Numbered from the stretch's first letter, positions 9,696 through 19,347 are shown. The stretch is DNA of 64,000 nucleotides from Acetobacteraceae bacterium (GCA_027449745.1 DAIDKZ010000205.1:1798-65797), one strand, 5' to 3'. Notes: generated by a model from the sequence alone, not told the origin. Program-made: numbers and translations.

Positions 9696-11088
9696 GGGAG
9701 ACCGCCTCGTCAGGGGCGATGTGCTCCAGCGCCAGACCGCTGGCCTCGACCCCGCCCATCCAGCGCCAGACCAGCATCGTCACGCCGCCGAGCACCCAGA
9801 ACCCGGCCAGCAGCACCAGCGCGGCCTGCATGCTCCGGGCACCGACATAGCCGACCAGGAAAGGGGACATCATCGCGCCGATCCGCCCGACGGCCACGCT
9901 GGCACCGATGCCGGTCGCGCGCAGCGCGGTCGGGAACAGCTCCGAGAAGGTCGGGTAGGCGGCGATCCAGCTGCCGGTGGCGAGCAGATTGACCAGGGCG
10001 AAGCCGAGCATCAACGCACCGCTGCCGAGATCGGTGACGAGGGCCATGGCGACGGTGCCGAGGGCGGTCGAGAAGTAGAACAGCGCGACGGTCGCGACGC
10101 GGCCCCAGCGGTCGAGCAGCAGCGAGGCGGCGAGGCCACCGAGCAGCGCACCGACGCTGCCGCCCAGATAGAACAGCGGCAACTGCGCCGGCGCCAGCTT
10201 GAGCGCCGGCAGCACCACCAGGGGCAGGAACGCGAACAGCCCGTAATATCCGGATGCCTCGGCGAAATCGAGCGCTGCGCCGAGCAGCAGCCGGGCCGGG
10301 TAGCGCCGCAGCAGGGTCATCAGATGGCCACCCGCGGGGCCCATGGCGCGGCGGACGGGGGCCGTGCTCGGCGCCGGTGGGCGGGTCACGCCGGCCGCGA
10401 TGCACTCGACGATGGCCAGCGCCTCGCCGGCGCGGCCCGACGCCTCCAGCCAGCGCGGGCTCTCGGGAAGATGACGGCGGAACCAGGCCGAGGAGAGCGC
10501 GATCACGCCGCCGAAGCCGAACACCACGCGCCAGCCGATATCGGCGGGCAGCGCGGAGAGCACGAGCCAGGACAGCAGCGCGGCGGCGAGGCTGCCGAGC
10601 GGCCAGAAATTCAGCACCAGCGCGGTGGCGCGGCCCCTGGCGCGGCTCGGAACGAGCTCGGCAATGGCGGCGTTGATCGCCGAATATTCGGCCCCGACGC
10701 CGATGCCCGCGAGCAGGCGCAGGAGCAGCAGGGCGCCGAGCCCGGGGGCGAAGGCCGCGGCGAGGGTGCAGACGCCATAGAGCACGAGGCTGGCGAGAAA
10801 AATGCGCCGCCTTCCGTAGCGGTCCGCCAGATAGCCGAACCCGAGCGCGCCCAGCATCAGCCCGGCGAACCAGGCGCCCAGGATGAGCGACATGGCATCG
10901 GCCCCGAGATGGAAGCGCTCGCGCAACGCACCGAGGACATTGCCGATGAGGGTGACCTCGAAGGCATCCATCGCCCAGCCGACGCCGAAGAGCACGACGA
11001 TGACGGTGTGGAAGCGGTTCCACGCCATAGTGGACAGGCGTTCGGCAGTCGGGATCGGGGGCGTTTCGGTCTCTGCTGCTGCGGTCAT
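9688..11088 (-). CDS. MFS transporter (sugar-porter/aromatic-acid symporter-like)
   Basis: ORF 9688..11145. LADRYGRRR loop motif and multiple TM segments. Preferred start is ATG at 11088 (MTAAAETE); GTG at 11145 is an alternative. The stop overlaps the next gene's start by 8 nt (ATGCTTGA). Confidence 0.8.
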   Translation of the reverse strand: MTAAAETETPPIPTAERLSTMAWNRFHTVIVVLFGVGWAMDAFEVTLIGNVLGALRERFHLGADAMSLILGAWFAGLMLGALGFGYLADRYGRRRIFLASLVLYGVCTLAAAFAPGLGALLLLRLLAGIGVGAEYSAINAAIAELVPSRARGRATALVLNFWPLGSLAAALLSWLVLSALPADIGWRVVFGFGGVIALSSAWFRRHLPESPRWLEASGRAGEALAIVECIAAGVTRPPAPSTAPVRRAMGPAGGHLMTLLRRYPARLLLGAALDFAEASGYYGLFAFLPLVVLPALKLAPAQLPLFYLGGSVGALLGGLAASLLLDRWGRVATVALFYFSTALGTVAMALVTDLGSGALMLGFALVNLLATGSWIAAYPTFSELFPTALRATGIGASVAVGRIGAMMSPFLVGYVGARSMQAALVLLAGFWVLGGVTMLVWRWMGGVEASGLALEHIAPDEAVSHA

Positions 11089-11370
11089 GAGGGCGGCGTT
11101 CCTGGGGGCCTTGCTGCGGCTGTGGGCGGGAGGGGTGAAAGCCACGGCTGCCCCGTCCGCCCGCCAACCCGTATATCAGCCGGCGGGATCGTGCCAACGC
11201 ACGGCATGCTTGCGCGTGGGCGGGCGGCGTTCCGCGGCGATGGGGCTGCTCGTTGGCGGCGCGTCGGGGCGACCATCTTCGCCGATGCGCCTCAGGCGGC
11301 GGGAAGGTTACACTGCGGCTCCCGGGATCGCGACCCACGGAGGCCGGGCCGGATCGCGGGCCGATTACGC

Positions 11371-11778
11371 CTAATCGTCGATCTCCCGTTCGAGGCGCTC
11401 GATGTCGGCGTCGCTGAAGCCGAAATGATGAGCGATTTCGTGCACCAGCACGTTGCGGACCAGGCGGAACAGATCCTCGCCGGTCTCGATCCATTCGAGC
11501 AGGATCGGCTGGCGGAAAAGCAGGATCAGGTCCGGCGCGCGGGCGACATCGTCGATGCTCCGCCGGATCAGCGGCGTGCCGCGATAGAGCCCGGTCAGAT
11601 CCCACGCGCTCTCGAGGCCGAGCTCGTCGAGCGTCGCGTCGTCCGGCATCTCCTCGACCAGGATGCCGACATCCTTCACGTACCGGGCGAGGCGCGCGGG
11701 GATGGCGGCGAGCGCGCGCTCGGCCAGTTCGGCGAGGTCGTCGGCGCTGGGCGGGACGGTGTAGGATGGGCCGGGCAT
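11371..11778 (-). CDS. small zincin-like metallopeptidase family protein (DUF1025-type)
   Basis: C-terminal 135 aa of ORF 11371..12063 from MPGPSYTV (ATG at 11778). HEIAHHFG motif near the C-terminus. Confidence 0.75.
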   Translation of the reverse strand: MPGPSYTVPPSADDLAELAERALAAIPARLARYVKDVGILVEEMPDDATLDELGLESAWDLTGLYRGTPLIRRSIDDVARAPDLILLFRQPILLEWIETGEDLFRLVRNVLVHEIAHHFGFSDADIERLEREIDD

Positions 11779-11841
11779 CGGCGCATTCGCCGCTGCCGCT
11801 GCTTGGCGGTCAAGCCATCTCTCACGCGCGAGGAGACGACG

Positions 11842-12129
11842 ATGCCGAAACTGACCGAAGGCGCCCGCGCGCAGCTCGCCGCGTCCCTGCCCGGCTGGGC
11901 GATGGTCGAAGGGCGCGACGCCATCCGCCGCGCCTTCCGCTTCGCCGATTTCAGCGCCGCCTGGGGGTTCATGAGCCGCGTCGCCCTGCTCGCCGAGCGG
12001 ATGGACCATCACCCGGAATGGTCCAATGTCTACAATCGGGTCGAGATCGTGCTCACGACCCACGATGAGGGCGGGCTGTCGGAGAAGGACGTGGCACTCG
12101 CCCAGGCGATCGAGCGGCTGGTGCCGTGA
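11842..12129 (+). CDS. 4a-hydroxytetrahydrobiopterin (pterin-4-alpha-carbinolamine) dehydratase
   Basis: Last 95 aa of the spurious 825-aa ORF 9652..12129. ATG at 11842 follows AGGAGA. Contains DHHPEW..Y..V.I.L.TH, typical of the family. Confidence 0.85.
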   Translation: MPKLTEGARAQLAASLPGWAMVEGRDAIRRAFRFADFSAAWGFMSRVALLAERMDHHPEWSNVYNRVEIVLTTHDEGGLSEKDVALAQAIERLVP

Positions 12130-12587
12130 GCGCGGCGGAGGTCGCGGCGCGGGTCCGCCGGGCTACCGCCAGGCTATGCGGCCGGCTCGGCTGGGCGGCG
12201 CTGCACGAGGTCGGGCTGCCCAATGGCCGGCGCGCCGACCTCTTGGCGCTGCGCGGCGATGGCGGCTTCGTCGTCATCGAGGTGAAGTCCGGCGAGCGGG
12301 ATTTCCGCACCGACCAGAAATGGCCCGACTATCGGGAGTTCTGCGACGGGTTCTGCTTCGCCGTGGCGCCGGACTTCCCGCTGGCGCTGCTGCCCGAGGA
12401 TGCCGGGCTGATTCTGGCCGAGGGCGGCGAGGCGGAGCTCGTGCGCCCGCCGCCGGCCCACGCGCTCGCCCCGGCGCGCCGGCGGGCGCTGCTGCATCGC
12501 TTCGCCGTCCTCGCCGCCGGCCGCCCCGCCGCGCGCGAGGATCCGGCGGGCGCCGCCGAACTCGCTGCCGCGCTGCGGGTGGAATAG
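12126..12587 (+). CDS. MmcB-family (PD-(D/E)xK-like) DNA repair protein
   Basis: ORF 12126..12587. GTG start overlaps the upstream stop (GTGA). Pattern ADLLAL...[28 protein letters not shown] matches my recollection of the MmcB family. Confidence 0.65.
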   Translation: MSAAEVAARVRRATARLCGRLGWAALHEVGLPNGRRADLLALRGDGGFVVIEVKSGERDFRTDQKWPDYREFCDGFCFAVAPDFPLALLPEDAGLILAEGGEAELVRPPPAHALAPARRRALLHRFAVLAAGRPAAREDPAGAAELAAALRVE

Positions 12588-12658
12588 CCCGTCCTGCTTG
12601 TGCGCGCCCCACCCGCGGCGCATGCTTCCCTTGCTTAATCGTCTCGGGGGAGGACGCC

Positions 12659-13126
12659 ATGGCATACACGCTGGCTCTGCACGTGAACGGGCGGGAGGTC
12701 GAGATCCACTCCGACGATCCCGACATGCCGCTGCTCTACGGGCTGCGTGATGAACTCGGCCTGCACGGCCCGCGCTTCGGCTGCGGCCTCGGCCAGTGCG
12801 GCGCCTGCACCGTGCATATCGATGGCAAGCCGGCACGCGCCTGCGTCACGCCGCTTTCGGCCCTGTCCGCTGGGCAGAGCGTGCTCACCCTCGAAGGGCT
12901 CGGCACGCCGGAGCGGCCGCACAAGCTCCAGCAGGCCTTCATCGACGAGCAGGCGGTGCAGTGCGGCTACTGCATCAATGGCATGATCATGCAGTCCGCG
13001 GCCCTGCTGGAGACCCAGCCGTCACCGAGCGAGGGCGAGATTCGCGCCGCGCTGGCGCACAATCTCTGCCGCTGCGGCACGCATCAGCGCATCATCCGCG
13101 CGGTTGCGCGCGCGGCGCGGGCGTGA
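12659..13126 (+). CDS. (2Fe-2S)-binding small subunit of a molybdopterin oxidoreductase (IorA/aldehyde oxidase type)
   Basis: Last 155 aa of ORF 12026..13126, ATG at 12659. Cys motifs CGLGQCGACTV, CGYCINGM and CRCGTH. Confidence 0.9.
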   Translation: MAYTLALHVNGREVEIHSDDPDMPLLYGLRDELGLHGPRFGCGLGQCGACTVHIDGKPARACVTPLSALSAGQSVLTLEGLGTPERPHKLQQAFIDEQAVQCGYCINGMIMQSAALLETQPSPSEGEIRAALAHNLCRCGTHQRIIRAVARAARA

Positions 13127-13136
13127 GGGGGGCACG

Positions 13137-15320
13137 ATGAACCAGATCCTGTCCCGCCGCACCCTGCTGCAGGCCGCCGGCGCGCTCGTCGTCTCCTTCA
13201 CCCTGGCCCCGCGCGGCGCCGAAGCCAAGAGCGTCGCTGCCGACGAGGTCGATGCGTTCCTCGCCATCGACGCGCAAGGCCTGGTGACGGTCTATTCCGG
13301 CAAGGTGGATCTCGGCACCGGGGTGCGCACCGCGCTGACGCAGATCGCCGCCGAGGAGCTCGATGTCCCGCTCTCCCGCGTCAACGTCATCGAGGGTGAC
13401 ACTGCACTGACACCGGATCAGGGGCCGACCTATGGCAGTCTCTCGATCCAGAATGGCGGCATGCAGATCCGCCGTGCCGCGTCCACCGCGCGCGCGGCGC
13501 TGCTGCGCCTCGCGTCGACGCGCCTCGGCGTGGCGGAGGCGGATCTGCTCACCGCGGACGGCGTGGTGCGCCCGCGCGCCGGCGGCGAGGGGATCGGCTA
13601 TGGCGCGCTGATCGGCGCTGGCGGGTTCGCGCTGAAGCTGGACAAGGATGTGCCGGCCAAGAACCCTGAGAGCTACCGCGTCGTCGGCACATCGGTGGCG
13701 CGGCTGGATATTCCCGACAAGGTCACCGGCCGCTTCACCTTCATGCACGATGTCCGCGTCGAGGGCATGGTCCATGCCCGCGTTGTGCGCCCGCCGGCGC
13801 TCGGCGCGACGCTGCTCGAGGTCGACGAGACGTCGGTGCAAGCCATTCCGGGCATCATCAAGGTCGTGCGCGTCGGCAATTTCCTCGCCGTCGTCGCCGG
13901 GAGCGAATGGGGTGCGATCCGTGGCGCGCGGGCGCTGAAGGCGCGCTGGTCCGATTGGCAGGGCCTGCCCGAGCAGGCCCGTCTATGGGAGCATGTGCGC
14001 GGGACGAAAGTGGTGAAGGACGACGTCACCAGCAATGTCGGCGATGCGCCGGCCGCGCTCGCCGCGGGTGCGAAGCGCCTCGCCGCCACCTACGACTTCC
14101 CCATCCACACGCACGGCTCGATCGGCCCCTCCTGCGCGGTTGCCGAGTTGCGCGACGGGCGGCTCACGGTGTGGACGGCGTCGCAGATGACGCATGCGCT
14201 GCGCAAGCAGATCGCCGCCATGCTCGGCATGAAACCCGATGACGTGCGCTGCATCTATGTCGAGGGTGCCGGCTGCTACGGGCGCAACGGCCACGAGGAC
14301 GCGGCCGGCGACGCGGCGCTGCTGGCGCGCGAGACCGGTCGGCCGGTGCGTGTGCAATGGTCGCGCGCCGACGAGCATGGCTGGGATCCGAAGGGACCGC
14401 CGACGCTGATCGATCTCGCGGGCGCGCTCGACGCCGACGGCAATGTGGTCGCGTGGCACTCGAACTTCTTCGTGCCGCAGGGCGCGGCCGGCAACGTGCC
14501 GCTGGTGGCAGCCGAACTCGCGGCCCTGGCGCACGAGACGGTGATGGCGCCGGGCAACATCATCCAGAACTCGGCGCTGCCCTATGCGTTCCCGGCTATC
14601 CGCACCGTCTGCCACCGGCTGGAGACGACGCCGTTCCGGCCCTCCTGGATACGCACGCCGGGGCGGATGCAGAACACCTACGCGAACGAGTGCTTCCTCG
14701 ACGAACTCGCCGCCGCTGCCGCTGCCGACCCGATCGCGCTGCGACGGCGCTATCTCAAGGATCCGCGCGGCCTCGATCTGATCGAACGGCTGGTCGCGCT
14801 GGCCAATTGGCAGCCGCGCCCCTCGCCGGCGCGCGGCCAGACCGCGGCCGTCGCGCGCGGGCGCGGCGTCTCCTACGTCAAATACGAGCTCGTCCGCACC
14901 TATATCGGCGCCATCGCGGAGGTCGAGGTCGATCGCGCCACCGGCACGATCCATGTCGCGCGCGTCTTCGTCGCCCATGATTGCGGCCAGATCATCAACC
15001 CCGACGGGCTGCGCAACCAGATCGAGGGCAACATCATCCAGACCGTGAGCCGCGTGCTGAAGGAGGAGCTGACCTTCGACCGCGGCGCGGTGACCAGCCT
15101 GGACTGGGCGAGCTACCCGATCCTCACCTTCCCGGAGGCGCCGGAGGTGGTGATCGACCTCATCGACCGGCCGGCGGAGAAACCCTGGGGTGCAGGCGAA
15201 CCCTCGGCGGCGGTGGTCCCCGCCGCGATCTCCAACGCCGTCTTCGACGCCACCGGCGTGCGGCTGCGTTCGGTGCCGTTCACGCCAGCGCGGGTGAAGG
15301 CGGCGCTCGGAACGATTTGA
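13137..15320 (+). CDS. molybdopterin-binding large subunit (IorB/aldehyde dehydrogenase type), Tat-signal-like N-terminus
   Basis: ATG at 13137 gives MNQILSRRTLLQAAGALV (twin-arginine-like). A 727-aa xanthine-dehydrogenase-family beta-subunit-like sequence, 11 nt after the small subunit. Confidence 0.85.
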   Translation: MNQILSRRTLLQAAGALVVSFTLAPRGAEAKSVAADEVDAFLAIDAQGLVTVYSGKVDLGTGVRTALTQIAAEELDVPLSRVNVIEGDTALTPDQGPTYGSLSIQNGGMQIRRAASTARAALLRLASTRLGVAEADLLTADGVVRPRAGGEGIGYGALIGAGGFALKLDKDVPAKNPESYRVVGTSVARLDIPDKVTGRFTFMHDVRVEGMVHARVVRPPALGATLLEVDETSVQAIPGIIKVVRVGNFLAVVAGSEWGAIRGARALKARWSDWQGLPEQARLWEHVRGTKVVKDDVTSNVGDAPAALAAGAKRLAATYDFPIHTHGSIGPSCAVAELRDGRLTVWTASQMTHALRKQIAAMLGMKPDDVRCIYVEGAGCYGRNGHEDAAGDAALLARETGRPVRVQWSRADEHGWDPKGPPTLIDLAGALDADGNVVAWHSNFFVPQGAAGNVPLVAAELAALAHETVMAPGNIIQNSALPYAFPAIRTVCHRLETTPFRPSWIRTPGRMQNTYANECFLDELAAAAAADPIALRRRYLKDPRGLDLIERLVALANWQPRPSPARGQTAAVARGRGVSYVKYELVRTYIGAIAEVEVDRATGTIHVARVFVAHDCGQIINPDGLRNQIEGNIIQTVSRVLKEELTFDRGAVTSLDWASYPILTFPEAPEVVIDLIDRPAEKPWGAGEPSAAVVPAAISNAVFDATGVRLRSVPFTPARVKAALGTI

Positions 15321-15387
15321 GTTTTCCGCGGCTTGCCTCGATACTCGCCGAGCCTGGCGGCGTGCCAGGCGGGCGCAGGGGGAACGC

Positions 15388-16725
15388 ATGACCGGTGACG
15401 CGCTGGCGCATCCCGATGGGCGGCGGCATCGGATCGTGGTGGTTGGGGGCGGCGCGGCAGGGCTGGAGCTGGTCACGCGCCTCGGTGACCGTGTCGGCCG
15501 CGGCGGCGCCGAGGTGACGCTGATCGAAAAGTCGCGGACCCATCTCTGGAAGCCGCTGCTGCACGCGGTTGCCGCGGGCAGCATGGATCCCGGCGAGCAC
15601 GAGCTGAACTATCTCGCCCAGGCGCACTGGCACCATTTCCGCTACCGTCTCGGCGAGCTCGCCGGCATCGACCGGGCGCGCAAGGAGGTTCTCGTCGCTC
15701 CGGCCTATGACGAGGAGGGGCGCCAGATCACCTCCGAGCGTGCCTTCGGCTACGACACGCTCGTCGTCGCCATCGGCAGCGTCACCAATGATTTCGGCAC
15801 GCCTGGCGTGGCCGAGCACGCGGTGCCGCTGGAGACGCCGGAGCAGGCGGTGCGCTTCAACCGCCGCCTGGTGAATGCCTGCATCCGCGCCCACGCCCAG
15901 GAGGCGCCGGTGCGGCCGGGGCAGCTCCATGTCGTCGTCATCGGCGCCGGCGCCACCGGCACCGAGCTGGCCGCCGAGCTCCATCGCACCATCCGCGAGG
16001 TCGTCGGCTACGGGCTCGATCGCGTCGATCCGCAACGCGACATCCGCATCATTCTGCTCGAAGCCGCGGACCGCATCCTGCCGGCGCTGCCCGAGCGCAT
16101 CTCGCTCGCCACCATGCGCCTCCTGGTGGAACTCGGGGTGGAGGTGCGCACCGGCGCCAAGGTGAGCGCGGTGCGCGCCGACGGCGTCAGCCTCGCCGAC
16201 GGCAGCTTCATTCCCTCGGAGCTCGTCGTCTGGGCCGCCGGCGTGCGCGCGCCGGCGGTCCTGCGCGAGATCGGCGGGCTGGAGACCAACCGGCTCAACC
16301 AGCTCGTCGTCACCGAAACGCTGCAGACGACGCGCGATCCCGACATCTTCGCCATCGGTGATTGCGCCGCCTGCCCGCGTCCTGGCTTCCCGACCCCGAT
16401 CCCGCCGCGCGCGCAGGCGGCGCACCAGCAGGCGGCGCACATGCTCCGCCAGATCCGCCGGCGCCTCGCCGGGCGGGAGGTGCTGCCGTTCGTCTATCGC
16501 GACTTCGGCTCGCTCGTCTCGCTCGGACGCTACAGCACCGTCGGCAGCCTGATGGGATTCCTCGTCGGGCGCAGCATGTTCATCGAAGGGTTGTTCGCGC
16601 GCCTCGTCTATCGGTCGCTCTACATCATGCACGAGCTGGCGCTGTATGGCGCCTGGCGGACGCTGCTCGGGGTGATGGCGCGCGGCCTCTCGCGGCGTGC
16701 CGAGCCGGAGGTGAAGCTGCACTGA
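15388..16725 (+). CDS. ndh: type II NADH dehydrogenase (NAD(P)/FAD-dependent oxidoreductase)
   Basis: Two dinucleotide folds, VVVGGGAAGLE and VVIGAGATGTELAAEL. Length and C-terminal amphipathic tail are typical of NDH-2. Confidence 0.85.
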   Translation: MTGDALAHPDGRRHRIVVVGGGAAGLELVTRLGDRVGRGGAEVTLIEKSRTHLWKPLLHAVAAGSMDPGEHELNYLAQAHWHHFRYRLGELAGIDRARKEVLVAPAYDEEGRQITSERAFGYDTLVVAIGSVTNDFGTPGVAEHAVPLETPEQAVRFNRRLVNACIRAHAQEAPVRPGQLHVVVIGAGATGTELAAELHRTIREVVGYGLDRVDPQRDIRIILLEAADRILPALPERISLATMRLLVELGVEVRTGAKVSAVRADGVSLADGSFIPSELVVWAAGVRAPAVLREIGGLETNRLNQLVVTETLQTTRDPDIFAIGDCAACPRPGFPTPIPPRAQAAHQQAAHMLRQIRRRLAGREVLPFVYRDFGSLVSLGRYSTVGSLMGFLVGRSMFIEGLFARLVYRSLYIMHELALYGAWRTLLGVMARGLSRRAEPEVKLH

Positions 16726-16825
16726 CCGCGCTTGCCGCCGCTGGCGATCCTGGTCCAACGTATTGAGTGAGGACCGGCATGCCCTCTGGGCGGCCCGGAA
16801 GGACGCCAAGGAAAGGACGAAGACC

Positions 16826-17347
16826 ATGGACGCCACCACCCTGCGTGCGATGCAGGCACCGCTGAAGCAGCGCTACCGAGAGGATCCCGCCAGCGCCCGG
16901 ATCCCGGCCCGCGCCGAGGGCCGGATCGAGGCCGGGGAAATCGCCTGTGTGGTGCATTCCTGGGCCGGCGAGACCCGGGCCGGACTGCACCAGGCCGCCG
17001 GCGGCGATGGCAGCTTGGCCTGTTCGGGCGACATGCTGCTCGAGGCGCTGATCGCGTGTGCCGGGGTCACGCTCAAGGCCGTCGCGACCGCGATGGGGAT
17101 CGAGATCCGCGGCGGGCGCATCATCGCCGAGGGACTCTGGGACGCGCGCGGCACGCTGGCGATCGACCGTGCCGCGCCGGTCGGCGTGATCGAGATCGCC
17201 CTCCGCTTCGAACTGGACACGGACGCCGCTCCTGAGCAGGTGCGCCGTCTGATCGAAACGACCGAGCGCTACTGCGTGATCTACCAGACGCTTCGCAACC
17301 CGCCGCAGATGAGCGTGACGCACCACGTGCTTGCCGCCGGCGCCTGA
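16826..17347 (+). CDS. OsmC family peroxiredoxin-like protein
   Basis: ATG at 16826 after AAGGAAAGGA. OsmC-type pattern with paired Cys regions (ACSGDMLLEALIACAG, ERYCVIYQT). Confidence 0.75.
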   Translation: MDATTLRAMQAPLKQRYREDPASARIPARAEGRIEAGEIACVVHSWAGETRAGLHQAAGGDGSLACSGDMLLEALIACAGVTLKAVATAMGIEIRGGRIIAEGLWDARGTLAIDRAAPVGVIEIALRFELDTDAAPEQVRRLIETTERYCVIYQTLRNPPQMSVTHHVLAAGA

Positions 17348-17583
17348 TATACCTGGAATCCGCAGGATTCCGGGTCTATCGCGCGTGGGGTTGGCGGGGC
17401 GGCCACGCGCGAAACATGACTCGATGCCGCCCGTTTCACCGTTGCTTAATCCTGCGCGTGCTGGACTGCCCGTGGCGGCGCCCGGCGTGCTTCGTTCCGG
17501 GTCGCGACGGCAAAATGCCTCGATGCGCTGAGAAATGAGTCCCATCGTCCGGACCCGTCCGGCAGCAACCGAGGTATATCGAC

Positions 17584-17766
17584 ATGACCGCTGCAACCCT
17601 CCGCATTCTTGCCCTGGCCCAGCGTCTGCGCCGCGACGAGCGGGGTGTCACCGCGCTCGAATACGCGCTGATCGCGGCCCTGATCGCCGTCGCCATCGTC
17701 GGTGCGCTGTCGACACTGGGCTCGGATCTCAACACCACGTTCTCGACCATCGCGACGAATCTCTGA
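17584..17766 (+). CDS. Flp family type IVb pilin
   Basis: 60-aa ORF with the Flp signature [21 protein letters not shown] after a short basic leader. Confidence 0.8.
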   Translation: MTAATLRILALAQRLRRDERGVTALEYALIAALIAVAIVGALSTLGSDLNTTFSTIATNL

Positions 17767-17861
17767 CCCGGCACGCCGCCGGCCCCGCCGGGTGGGGCTG
17801 GCCGTCCCGGCCGGCGGCTTGCTATGGTCCGGCTCCAGCATTCCCTGCGGCGGAGCCTGCC

Positions 17862-18314
17862 ATGGCCGGACTCTATTTCGAGGACCTTCCCGAAGGTCGC
17901 CACTTCGTCCACGACATCACGCGCACCGTCACCGAGACCGACAATCTGCTGTTCAGCGCGCTGACGCATAATCCGCAGCCGCTGCATCTCGACGCCGAGT
18001 TCTGCAAAGGCACCGAGTTCGGCCAGATTCTCGTGAATTCGATGTTCACCTTCGGCCTGATGGTGGGCGTTTCGGTCGGCGACACCACGCTCGGCACCAC
18101 CATCGCCAATCTCGGCATGGAGACGGTGCGCTTCCCCTCGCCCGTGTTCATCGGCGATACGCTGCGCACCGAGACCCGGGTCGTCGAGCGGCGCGAGAGC
18201 CGCTCGCGTCCCGACGCCGGTATCGTCATCTTCGAACACCGCTGCATCAACCAGCGCGGCCAGGAGGTTGCCTCCTGCCGCCGCTCGGCGCTGATGAAGA
18301 AGCGTCCGGTCTGA
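17862..18314 (+). CDS. MaoC-family (R)-specific enoyl-CoA hydratase/dehydratase
   Basis: Last 150 aa of ORF 17535..18314 from [12 protein letters not shown]. Hot-dog fold hydratase pattern (NPQPLHLD..A). Confidence 0.85.
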   Translation: MAGLYFEDLPEGRHFVHDITRTVTETDNLLFSALTHNPQPLHLDAEFCKGTEFGQILVNSMFTFGLMVGVSVGDTTLGTTIANLGMETVRFPSPVFIGDTLRTETRVVERRESRSRPDAGIVIFEHRCINQRGQEVASCRRSALMKKRPV

Positions 18315-18324
18315 GGGGGATCTG

Positions 18325-19212
18325 ATGCCGCTGCGCTCGATGCTGTTCGTGCCCGGGGATGCCGAGCGCAAGCTCGCCAAGGGGCGATCCTCTCCGGCGG
18401 ACGCGCTGATCCTGGACCTCGAGGACGCAGTGGCGCAGGCGCGCCTGCCGGTGGCGCGGGGAATGGTGCGCGAATTCCTGCTCGCTCATCCGGAGCGCTC
18501 GGCCCAGCAGCTCTGGGTGCGCATCAATCCGCTCGGAACGGCGCTGGCGCTCGCGGACCTGGCCGCGGTGGTCCCCGGGGCGCCGGACGGGATCGTGCTG
18601 CCCAAGCCCGACGGGGGCGAGGAGATCGTCCGTCTAGGCCACTATCTCGACGCGCTCGAGGCGAGTCTCGGTCTGCCGTCGGGGCGGATCCGCATCGTGC
18701 CGGTCGCCACCGAGACGGCGCGGGCGCTGTTCCGCCTCGATACGTATGGCGATTGCGGCCCGCGCCTCACCGGCATGACCTGGGGGGCGGAGGACCTCGC
18801 CGCCGCGCTCGGGGCCAGCAGCAACCGCACCGAGGAAGGCGTCTATGATGACGCCTTCCGCCTCGCCCGCGCGCTCTGCCTTGCCGCCGCCGTCGCCGCG
18901 GGGGTCGAGCCGCTGGATACCGTGTTCACCGATTTTCGCGACCCGGCCGGCCTGGCGCGGGAGGCGCGCGCGGCGCGGCGCAGCGGCTTCACCGGCAAGC
19001 TCGCGATCCACCCCGACCAGGTGCCGGTGATCAACGACGCCTTCACGCCGAGCGCGGCCGAACTTGCGCACGCCGAGCAGGTGGTCGCCGCCTTTGCCGC
19101 CGCCCCGGGCGCCGGCGTCGTCGGGCTGGCGGGGAAGATGCTCGACATGCCGCATTTGAAGCAGGCGCAGCGCCTGCTCGCCATCGCCCGCCAGGCCGGG
19201 CTGGCGACGTAG
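18325..19212 (+). CDS. HpcH/HpaI aldolase - CitE-like acyl-CoA lyase (citramalyl/malyl-CoA lyase family)
   Basis: MLFVPGD...DALILDLEDAV N-terminus is typical of CitE-like lyases. Starts 10 nt after the MaoC gene. Its TAG stop lies inside a repeat element. Confidence 0.85.
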   Translation: MPLRSMLFVPGDAERKLAKGRSSPADALILDLEDAVAQARLPVARGMVREFLLAHPERSAQQLWVRINPLGTALALADLAAVVPGAPDGIVLPKPDGGEEIVRLGHYLDALEASLGLPSGRIRIVPVATETARALFRLDTYGDCGPRLTGMTWGAEDLAAALGASSNRTEEGVYDDAFRLARALCLAAAVAAGVEPLDTVFTDFRDPAGLAREARAARRSGFTGKLAIHPDQVPVINDAFTPSAAELAHAEQVVAAFAAAPGAGVVGLAGKMLDMPHLKQAQRLLAIARQAGLAT

Positions 19213-19260
19213 AGCACGGTCCGACCTGATGGAATCGTCTGGTCGGACGGTCGTGCTCTA
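19210..19260. repeat. palindromic REP/MITE-like element, copy A1 (TAGAGCACGGTCCGACC...GGTCGGACGGTCGTGCTCTA)
   Basis: Imperfect inverted repeat read directly. The left arm recurs in reverse orientation at 22809-22830. Confidence 0.7.
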
Positions 19261-19273
19261 GAAACCATAATGG

Positions 19274-19338
19274 CTAGAGCAACTTTGCCCGACCAGACCG
19301 ACCGCGAAGCGGTTCAGTCTGATCGGACGTTGCTCTAG
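19274..19338. repeat. palindromic REP/MITE-like element, copy A2 (CTAGAGCAAC...GTTGCTCTAG)
   Basis: 10-bp perfect terminal inverted repeat plus an internal CCGACCAGAC/CAGTCTGATCGG arm. Same core as 22756-22806. Confidence 0.7.
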
Positions 19339-19347
19339 GCCGGCGCC

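Noticed and set aside
11089-11370. Possible TPP (THI-box) or other riboswitch in the 283-nt leader of the MFS/radical-SAM/thiL operon
   Set aside because: I reverse-complemented the region and looked for the conserved CUGAGA ... ACCUGAUCUGGAUAAUGCCAGCG core. Only isolated CTGAGG and CTGATA strings occur, without the partner elements. I also saw no B12-box or SAM-II-like core. A covariance-model scan would be needed to be certain.
9652-12129. 825-aa plus-strand ORF spanning the MFS gene, an intergenic region and the DUF1025 gene
   Set aside because: The translation is Arg/Gly/Glu/His-rich and low-complexity, and it runs antisense to two well-supported minus-strand genes. Only the last 95 aa (11842-12129, pterin dehydratase) look like a real protein. 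This is a typical high-GC open-frame artefact.
17347-17380. Hairpin GGAATCCGCAGGATTCC after the OsmC gene as a terminator
   Set aside because: The stem is only 7 bp with a 3-nt loop and there is no following T-tract. This is too weak to call.
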